Part shown: piece after piece, positions 10,075 to 18,600 of the stretch
Numbering within the stretch: the first letter of the stretch is position 1
Layout of the letters: each line of letters begins with the position of its first letter
Source of the DNA: Candidatus Poribacteria bacterium
Lineage (GTDB): Bacteria > Poribacteria > WGA-4E > JAJDTR01
Reading direction: 5' to 3'
DNA length: 64,000 bases
Assembly (NCBI GenBank): GCA_965222225.1
Contig: CBDCTK010000002.1
Location: 2,784,001-2,848,000, forward strand
Notes under the pieces: generated by a model
The model's database searches: none
Seen by the model: the letters and a program-made list of their open reading frames with translations, nothing else
What the model was told of the DNA's origin: nothing
Made by a program: the position numbers and the translations under genes

Positions 10075-10374
10075 ATGACCAAACACTACAACCCGGTAGG
10101 TTGGTTCGAGATTCCCGCAATCGACCTGAACAGAGCCAAGAAATTCTACGAAGCCGTGTTGGATGTCCAACTCACTCTCGCCACAATGGGGCAAGTGGAA
10201 ATGGCATGGTTTCCCTCGGTCGAGGATGGAATTGGCTCCTCCGGGACACTAGCGAAGGTCAACGCCAATGGCGGAATGATTCTCACTCCCAAGACCAGCA
10301 TCGGCGAGTACGGCTTTTACGCCTTCTTCGAGGATTCCGAGGGAAATCGCTTGGCATTGCACTCTAGGGAATAA
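10075..10374 (+). pseudogene. VOC family gene, probably internally deleted
   Basis: VGWFEIPAIDLNRAKKFYE...GSSGTL|AKVNANGG...FEDSEGNRLALHS; lacks the usual central 'LVYF.V.D' strand. Confidence 0.6.
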
Positions 10375-10380
10375 CTTCCT

Positions 10381-10766
10381 GTAGGGTGGGATCAAGCGAG
10401 TGAATAGCAAGTGCGATAGCAATCCTTTCAAGCGCGTAGGTTGGGTTGAGCGAGACATGGAAAACCACATGTGCGTGGGCTGGAAACCTTCGCGTACCGA
10501 TGCCGCTTCCAGTCTCCGAAATTGTAGCGAAACCCAACACTTCATAACACGCGGATTGGTCCATTTGGATGTTGGGTTTCGCTATAGATATCCCACAAGA
10601 CAATCTGCCTGACAAGCAGTCGCATGGGACAACACAAGGGAGGGATTTCTATCGCACGGGATTTTCTATCGCGGTCACTATCCGTTCCCTTGATCGCTAT
10701 TTACTCGCTTGATCGTTCAACCCAACCTACATGGTTTTATAGGGAACAACGATCGTTGTTCCCTAC
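10381..10766. repeat. Composite REP region with nested 35-bp elements
   Basis: GTAGGTTGGGTTGA...AACCCAAC REPs, copies at 10390-10425 and nested 10642-10712, intact palindrome at 10740-10766. Confidence 0.8.
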
Positions 10767-10840
10767 CTCAACGAAACAATTTCCCGCGTGGAATCCTCAA
10801 TCCCCAAATCAAAGCGGCACAACGATATAAAATAGACTCC

Positions 10841-10869
10841 TTGACCTAACAGAGATGACGTATTAAAAT
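10841..10869 (+). promoter_or_regulatory. sigma70-type promoter upstream of the ABC-ATPase operon
   Basis: TTGACC-N17-TAAAAT. Confidence 0.55.
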
Positions 10870-11038
10870 ACAAACTCGCGTCAATAACATACTTGTCATC
10901 CGGCTGCCGCAATGCGAAACGGTGTTGGAGGCGGCCCACGTGATAGACGACACGGGTGAATGTTCATAGGACTTGGGGAACGCAGATCTGCGTTCCCTGC
11001 TGGCAAGTCCCGGTCATATCCCGTATAAGGACTGTAAC

Positions 11039-12319
11039 ATGGCAAAGATAGAAGGTTTCAGAGTACGAAATTTCAAAGTGCTCAAGGATGTGACGCTGGG
11101 GCGACTGTGGAACCTGCAAAAAAAGAAACCCCTCGCCGCTATGACAGCGGTCATCGGCAAGAATGGGGTCGGCAAAAGCGCCTTATTCGATGCGTTCGGC
11201 TTCCTTGCTGATGCCTTAAAGTCTGGTATCGAGGAGGCGTGCGACCAACGGGGGCGAGGCGGCTTTGAGAGGCTGCGATCCCAAGGCGAAACTGCCCCCA
11301 TTGAGTTCGAGGTGTATTATAGAGAACACGGAAACGCCCGGCCAATTACCTACCAGATTGCTATTCAAGCAGACGAGTTCGGCCGCCCATACGTCCTACG
11401 AGAACGCCTCAGACAGAGACGCAAAGGCCAGAAACACGGTCAACCGTTTCCTTTTTTGTTCCTTGAGAACGGCAAGGGCGTGGCGTGGAAGGGGGGACAA
11501 GCAGGGCGTCGGATTGACGAAGAAATGGAGCAACTCGATCTCACCAAGTTGATAGAGTTGATAACGGCAGAGGAATCCAGTGCGACAGAGATTGTCGAAT
11601 TGGAAGATCGGCGCAAACTCGGCAGCGCCACGCTCGGCGCGCTGAAACAGCATTCGAGGATTTCCGATTTTCGCCGGTTTATCGAGGGATGGTATCTCAG
11701 CTATTTCACCCCGGACGCGGCGCGCAGCCTACCGATGGCGGGGCCGCAGCAACACTTTAATTTCCACGGCGACAACCTCGGCAATGTCGTGCAATTCATG
11801 GAGCGCGAACACCCGGGGAGATTCAAGACTATCTTGAATCGCATCGCTGATAAAATTCCGGGCATAGACCGGATTGACACCGAACGAACTTCTGACGGCA
11901 GGCTGCTGCTCCGCTTCAACGACAAAGGTTTTCAGAATCCGTTTCACGCGCAGCAGGTGTCCGACGGCACGCTGAAAGTCTTCGCCTACCTATTGCTGCT
12001 CGAAGATCCGACACCCCACCCGTTCCTGTGCATTGAAGAACCGGAGAACGGATTATACCATAAACTCTTGGAGACTTTGGCGAACGAATTCCGCGAACAC
12101 ACTAGCCGAGGCAGAAGGAGGTCGCAGGTCTTTGTCACCACGCATCAGCCGTACTTCGTTGATGCGCTTGACCCGGAGGAGGTGTGGATTCTGGAGAAGG
12201 GCGCGGACGGCTTTTCGACGATTCGCCGGGCAAGCGACGATCCAACCGTGAACAACATGGTCGCCGAGGGATTGCCGTTGGGAGGTCTCTGGTACAGCGA
12301 TTATCTGGAGGCAAGTTAG
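11039..12319 (+). CDS. ABC-type (AAA_15/AAA_21-like) ATPase, non-transporter
   Basis: GKNGVGKS Walker A, VSDGT signature, CIEEPENG Walker B, TTH H-loop; no TM partner. Confidence 0.88.
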   Translation: MAKIEGFRVRNFKVLKDVTLGRLWNLQKKKPLAAMTAVIGKNGVGKSALFDAFGFLADALKSGIEEACDQRGRGGFERLRSQGETAPIEFEVYYREHGNARPITYQIAIQADEFGRPYVLRERLRQRRKGQKHGQPFPFLFLENGKGVAWKGGQAGRRIDEEMEQLDLTKLIELITAEESSATEIVELEDRRKLGSATLGALKQHSRISDFRRFIEGWYLSYFTPDAARSLPMAGPQQHFNFHGDNLGNVVQFMEREHPGRFKTILNRIADKIPGIDRIDTERTSDGRLLLRFNDKGFQNPFHAQQVSDGTLKVFAYLLLLEDPTPHPFLCIEEPENGLYHKLLETLANEFREHTSRGRRRSQVFVTTHQPYFVDALDPEEVWILEKGADGFSTIRRASDDPTVNNMVAEGLPLGGLWYSDYLEAS

Positions 12320-12322
12320 TCG

Positions 12323-12967
12323 ATGCGCTTTGAGATTCTGGTGGAAGACCTGTCTGGGAAGAGGGCGCTTGAGGTTCTGATGCCGAAAATCCTCGGCGAC
12401 CAGCATTCTTTCAGGATTATCAATTATCGAGGAGTCGGACACATTCCCAAAAACCTCACGAGTATCGCCGATGCGGGCAAACTGCTTCTGCTCAATCAGC
12501 TTCCCAAGCTACTTCGGGCGTATGGGCGTAGTTCTGACAACAATCCAACGGCGGTGATTGTGGTTTGCGACTTGGATAACAGGTGCCTGAAAACCTTTCG
12601 CCAAGAACTTTTCTCAGTTCTAAATGCATGCAACCCGAAGCCGGAGACTAGGTTTTGCATCGCCGTGGAGGAAGGCGAGTCCTGGTTGCTCGGCGATATC
12701 CCCGCCATCAAGGCAGCCTATCCGAAGGCTAGGGACAACGTACTGAATGGATACAAAAACGACGCGATTTGCGGAACATGGGAACTTCTGGCGGACGCCG
12801 TATTCATCAAAGGCTCAGGCGCACTCAAAAAGCGGGGGTGGCAGGCGGTGGGTCGGGAGAAATCTGCTTGGGCAGAGAATATCGCGCCGCACATGGATGT
12901 AAATGTCAACGCATCGCCCAGATTCCGATACTTTCGGGAAAAGGTTCGAGATCTAACCAAGGGATAA
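12323..12967 (+). CDS. DUF4276-like TOPRIM-related protein
   Basis: EILVED.SG...VVCDLD...IAVEEGESWLLGD; 3 nt after the ATPase stop. Confidence 0.72.
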   Translation: MRFEILVEDLSGKRALEVLMPKILGDQHSFRIINYRGVGHIPKNLTSIADAGKLLLLNQLPKLLRAYGRSSDNNPTAVIVVCDLDNRCLKTFRQELFSVLNACNPKPETRFCIAVEEGESWLLGDIPAIKAAYPKARDNVLNGYKNDAICGTWELLADAVFIKGSGALKKRGWQAVGREKSAWAENIAPHMDVNVNASPRFRYFREKVRDLTKG

Positions 12968-13188
12968 TGTCTAGAAAAAATACCTTTTAGGTGGGACATC
13001 TGCCCCACCTACGGCGGGATTTGACATAATCCCAATGCTAACGCGTGGGAAGGGGATGAGACCCCATGTTTTAGCATTGTTGATTGTGCCGTAGACGCAG
13101 GCACCAGCGGTGATCTTCTATCATCAAATCGAAGATTGGATCCTCACAAGTGTATAAGCAGACCTACGCGGCGGAGATGGCTAACCCC

Positions 13189-13331
13189 CACCTGTCGCCC
13201 CGCCGGGGCTTGAGGTCTTTGGGGCGCCTGTATTCTATACACCTTTCGCCCTTCTAGGGCTTTAAGAGGCTGGTGGAATCTCTATGGGGGCTCTATCGCG
13301 CTCGTTGTCCACTCGCTTGATCCCGACCTAC
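13189..13331. repeat. REP-like GCCCC-N-GGGGC hairpins plus reverse 35-bp element (13286-13322)
   Basis: ACCTGTCGCCCCGCCGGGGCT family, also at ~23570 and ~56285-56395. Confidence 0.65.
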
Positions 13332-13439
13332 GGGCTGCGGTGCGACAGGTGTATAGCGACCATAGCACCCCAGCAAAAGATTAACTCAGCCGAGGAAAAT
13401 CTCAGCAAAATCACTGTTACATTAGGGAGGTAGTTGCTA

Positions 13440-14186
13440 ATGGCACGACTGAAAGATAAGATTGTCGTAATTACGGGATCGGGCCTGGGGCTAGGCGAAG
13501 CGATGGCGCTGCTGTTTAGCCGCGAAGGCGCCAAGATAGTCGTCTTTGACATCAACGAGACGGCCGGACGAGAAACGGTGGGGCAAATCCGCGAGCGAGG
13601 GGGCGAGGCAATTTTTGTTCGGGGCGATGTCTCGAATCCGGACGACGCTACCCGCGTGATTCACGACGCTGTCGATGCTTACGGCCGTGTCGATGTCCTG
13701 GTCAACAATGCGGGTGTCCATGTCGACAAGAACGTCCCTGACACGACCGAGGCGGAATGGGACCATGTTCTGGGAGTGAATCTCAAGGGGATTTTTCTGT
13801 GTTCGAAGGCTGCCATACCGCAGATGCGCCGACAAGGCGGCGGGAACATTATCTGCATCTCATCAATCTCGGGTTTAATCGGACAAGTGAACCAAGCAGC
13901 TTACAACGCTTCCAAGCACGGTATCATCGGGCTTGTCAGATGCATGGCGTATGATCACGCCGGAGAGAGCATCCGGGTCAACGCGATCTGCCCCGGAGTG
14001 ATGAATACACCGCTGGTGGCAAGTGTCCCCGAGGAACACATCGCGCCGTATCGAAAGGCGAACTTGTTGGAACGTTTTGCCGAGCCTATTGAAGTCGCGA
14101 ATGCTGCCCTGTTCCTGGCGAGCGACGAGTCGTCGCACGTAACCGGCTCTGCCATGGTCGTTGACGGCGGTTACACCACGAAGTAA
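13440..14186 (+). CDS. SDR family NAD(P)-dependent oxidoreductase
   Basis: TGSGLGLG, NNAG, YNASK. Confidence 0.93.
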   Translation: MARLKDKIVVITGSGLGLGEAMALLFSREGAKIVVFDINETAGRETVGQIRERGGEAIFVRGDVSNPDDATRVIHDAVDAYGRVDVLVNNAGVHVDKNVPDTTEAEWDHVLGVNLKGIFLCSKAAIPQMRRQGGGNIICISSISGLIGQVNQAAYNASKHGIIGLVRCMAYDHAGESIRVNAICPGVMNTPLVASVPEEHIAPYRKANLLERFAEPIEVANAALFLASDESSHVTGSAMVVDGGYTTK

Positions 14187-14479
14187 CGCCTCAATGGACA
14201 AACGGCTAAGGGAGTATCAATTGTTAGCAGGTTTCGGTATTAAGTTTATCTTCTGAAGCAACCGGGAAGAATAAGATTGGAAGGGTGGAAGAATGGAAGG
14301 GCGGAAAATTTCCTTCCACGCCGCCGTTAATCCTCTGGAGCGAAAGGATGGAAGCTGAATAGTTGGGTTTCACGGAGTTCAACCCAACGTACAGGCTAGA
14401 TAAAGATCTGCTGGATTTGGCAATCCAGCCGGTGCAGCCGGTGCGCCGGTGTATCATCCCGTGATTGAAAGAGGTAGCC

Positions 14480-15462
14480 ATGCCTGAAAAACTGACCGTT
14501 TTGTTTTTACCCCATCCCCTCGACCCCTCAATGTTTAAACCGTGGGGCGAGGACGTGGTGGCTGCCATCGGTGACCGCCACAATCTGAAAATCTTGGACT
14601 ATAACCAACCCATTGCCCCGCAGTTTGAAGGGGTTGAGGTAGTGATTGACCAAGGCGGTTCCGCGGGCACTCGAGAAATGGCGGACGCAGCCGCGGGCAA
14701 GGTGCGTCTATGGCAGATTCTTGGCACGGGGATCGACCATTTCGATATGGATTACTGGCGCACCAAGAAAATTGCTGTGGCGAACTGTCCGGGACCTTTC
14801 AGCGCCGCGGCTCTGGCAGAATGTGCGATGATGTTCATTCTGATGCTCGCACGGCAGTATCCTATTACCCAGGCGAATCTTAAAGCAGGGCAGATGTATA
14901 AGCCCACGGGGCTGGAACTCGAGGGATTGAAATTGGGCATCGTCGGTTTCGGCGCCAGCGGGATGGAGTTGGCGCGTCGAGCGCTGCCGTTTGGCATGAG
15001 AATCTTTGCGATCGATATTCGCGATGTCGGATCGGATGAGGTGCGCGAGTTCGGCGTGGAATTTGTCGGGAAACCGGCGGATTTGGATAAAGTCCTCGCC
15101 GAGTCCGATATCGTGTCCCTGCATCTACATCTCAACGTTGAAACACGACACACTATCAATGCACGCCGCTTGCGTCTAATGAAGCCGAGGGCGTTTTTGA
15201 TTAATGTCGCTCGCGGGGCGTTGGTGGACGAAGCCGCGCTGGAAGCCGCATTGGTGGAGGGGCAGATTGGTGGAGCCGGCTTAGACGCTTTCAGCCAAGA
15301 GCCGCCGGATACGACCTCGCCGATTTTCAGCTTGCCAAATGTAATTGCGACGCCTCATATCTCCGGCACTACCGATGGCACATCGCGGAAACGGGCACAG
15401 GCGGCGGCTGAGAATGTGGATCGCGTAGCGCTGGACTCGAACCGCTGTACCGCGTGGATTGA
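14480..15462 (+). CDS. D-isomer-specific 2-hydroxyacid dehydrogenase with a 1-nt frameshift near the C-terminus
   Basis: GIVGFGASG, LINVARG, LDAF.QEP, TPHISG; the natural ending AGLEPLYRVD* (TGA 15460-62) is out of frame after ~15430, so the read frame runs on to 15541. Confidence 0.85.
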
Positions 15463-15478
15463 GGGATTGATAGTCCAC

Positions 15479-15651
15479 GGCATCCAAGAGTTGGCAGATC
15501 AGATCCCGGTTATCACGGGGCAGCCACTGGGACGGGCTTGAAGTTCAATATCCGTATTGTGTTCGGCGACGAAACCCTACCAGATCCAGAGGCGGTGGAA
15601 AAGATTAACCAACTCCTCGCCGAGGTGGATGATACACTGAGGCTTAAATGA
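15479..15651 (+). pseudogene. C-terminal remnant of an upstream gene (recalled resemblance to DUF499 ATPase C-termini)
   Basis: IQELADQIPVIT / GLKFNIRIVFGDETLPDPEAVEKINQLLAEVDDTLRLK* across one frameshift; TGA overlaps the next ATG (ATGA). Confidence 0.45.
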
Positions 15652-18600
15652 GGGGAGTAACAACCGAGAACCTCGTGTTCATCATTCGTGATGCACATAA
15701 CCTTGTTAGTTCTTCGGAGCAGTACGCAATGAGATTCGATGAGGTCGAAAGACCAGACGCCATTGGTGAATCCGAGCCTACAGAACAATTGACTAGCTCC
15801 ATGTCCCCGGTTCCAAGTCCCGCTGCTACCGGTGGAGCAGGCACTTTCTTTGAGCAGCACGTTGATGCCTACTGGCTTGGGCTGCTTCTTGTACGAGCCA
15901 TCCCGCCAATATTAATCGACTGCACCTTGGAGCACGTGCATCTGCAAACAAGGCACCTCGGCTGGCAAACGGACGATTTCTTGGTCATGGGTAAAAACGA
16001 ATCGGGACAACAACAGAAACTTGCAGGTCAAGTAAAACGGACCTTCACTGTTAGCGCAAGAGATGCTGAATGCAAAAAGACGATCAAGGCTTTTTGGAAG
16101 GATTTTAAGAATACTCAGCAGTTTTCGTCGGATTCCGATAGGTTTGTCCTTGTTACGCTGCGAGGCACTAATAATCTACTAGTGCACTTCTCGGGGCTCT
16201 TGGACTGCGCACGTGCCTCTCAAGATGGAACTGATTTCGAATATCGGATGGCTCTTCCTAACTTCATCAACAGAAAGTCCGTGCAGTACTGTAATGACAT
16301 CCGGAAGATTGTTAGTGAAATTGAAGACAGAAATGTTTCCATTACTGATATCTGGTCGTTTCTCCGTGTAATGCATGTCCTAAGCCTTGATTTGAATAGC
16401 GCAACGGGCCAAGCAGAAGCAACTATCAAGAGCCTTCTGGCTCATGCCACCAGTGAGCCGGATGCGGTTGGTGTCGCGGATGCCACATGGAATGCGTTAC
16501 TTCGCGTGGTGAGTGAAGGGATGCCGGGCGGACGTAGCTATCGACGCGAGGATTTGCCGGAGGAGTTGATAAATCGTCACCGCCCAATAGCGGACACTGA
16601 GCATAGCGTATTACAGTCGCTAAGCAATCACTCCGCGCTTATATTGGACGGAATTCGGTCAACAATCGGAAGTTTTCATTTGGAACGCCATCATCTTGTG
16701 CAGCAGGTCATTGAACATCTGGAATCTGCCCAAGTCATCCTAATCTCAGGCCCCGCTGGAAGCGGGAAATCTGTCGTTGCCAAGGATGTTCTCCGAACCG
16801 TCCGTGACGATTATTTCACGTTTAGTTTCCGAGCGGAGGAGTTCGCACGCGCCCACTTGGATGAAACGCTGCAAGCAGTCCAAATCTCCGCCAACGCGGC
16901 GACAATCGGGGCTATTCTCGCTGGTCAGGATCGAAAGGTTTTGTTGGTCGAAAGCGTTGAACGGCTGCTTGAAAAACCTACTCGAAATGCTTTTGTCGAT
17001 TTGCTGTCGCTTGTAAAGAAAGACAGGAGTTGGTGTCTCGTGTTGACCTGCCGAGATTATTCAACCAACCTTGTACAATCTGCTTTTTTAGGTCATGAAA
17101 GTGTGGCTCACCCTGTCGTTGCGGTTCCGCCATTAGACGATGAGGAGTTGGAGGAAATCAAAGAGGCCTACCCGTCTCTGGCATATCCTCTAACGAATAC
17201 GCCGCTTCGCCGTGTTCTGAACAACCCCTACCTTCTTGACAAGGCACTGCAGATCGAGTGGTCGGTGGAGCGGCCACTACCTCACAGTGAACAAGAATTC
17301 CGGAAACTATTCTGGCGAGAAATTGTCCGCGCTGATCATCGTCGTACTGGAGGAATGCCTAGCCTGCGGGAGAATGCGTTTGTGGAAGTCGCGCTACGGC
17401 GAGCGCGTGCACTTACCATGTATGTTGCTTGTGAAGGTCTCGATTCGGAAATCGTGGAGGCGCTCCGTCACGACTCTCTTATAGTGTATTCTCAAGAAAG
17501 CAATTCGTTGCTCGCTCCCGCCCATGACGTTATGGAAGACTGGGCGATTCTACACTGGATACAGAAACTGTATTTGAAGCATGAGGGTTCGCTCTGGGAA
17601 CTCTCGGCTGCTATTGGGACCTTCCCTGCCGTACGTCGGACGTATCGGAAGTGGGCAACTGAACTCGTGGAATCAAGCCCCGACGCCTCAGACAGAATGT
17701 TTCAGGACATTGTAACTGAAAGTGGCATTCCTTCTCACTTTCGTGACGACACACTTGTGTCGCTCTTGGACTCATCATCTTCTGCGACATTTTTCGAGAG
17801 GCACGCCGCCGAACTGTTGGCAAACGATAACCAGTTTCTTCGTCAAGTGATACGTATCTTGAGGGTCGCGTGTTTAACTGCTCCCGCTTGGTTGGGTTCG
17901 TTAGCATCCCCCGCATCGGTGATGAATGTTCCTGAGGGACCGGCTTGGGCAAGTGTCTTGCACTTGATTCAAACCCATTTGTCATCATTCACCCAAAAGG
18001 ATAATTACCTTCTTCTGGGACTTATTCAGGATTGGGCTAGGAGTGTTAATTGGCAAAATCCTTATCCAGAAGGAGCCGAGGCAGCTGCCACAATTGCACA
18101 TTGGCTTCTACCATTTTTCCCCAGTTACAGTTCGCGAGAAGAACACAAGATAATTCTACAGATCATTGCGAGAATTCCGAAGGCCAATGCTCATTGCTTT
18201 GACGGGCTTCTCCAAGAATGTCGCGAGAGAGAAATTCAAGGAATCGGGCCAGATCACCTCTTACAGATTATTTTCGCCGACGTACATGGTATGCCTCTGG
18301 TCAGGGACATGCCTGACCTCGCTATTTCTGCCGCTAAAGATTATCTATTGTGTTCGGAACCATCTCTTCAATCGCAATGGGTCTACGAACGACATCTGGA
18401 ATTAGAGCCGTTGTTCGGGATTAAGAAAAACAGACACTTTGGCTTTTTTCCCGCAAGTGCGCTTCACGGTCCATTTCTCCCCCTCCTCCAACACCACCCG
18501 TATCAAGGAGTTGATTTCATAGTTGAGGTATTTAACCACAGCGCGGACTGGTACGCGCACCCAAGGTTGGAATACGGTAATGTTGAACGTCCTTTTGAGA

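Noticed and set aside
3071-10374. Integron cassette array (small co-oriented cassette-type genes; CCTAAC at some gene ends, e.g. ~9013 and ~22109)
   Set aside because: No paired RYYYAAC...GTTRRRY attC hairpins seen, no integrase, and several genes have their own promoters.
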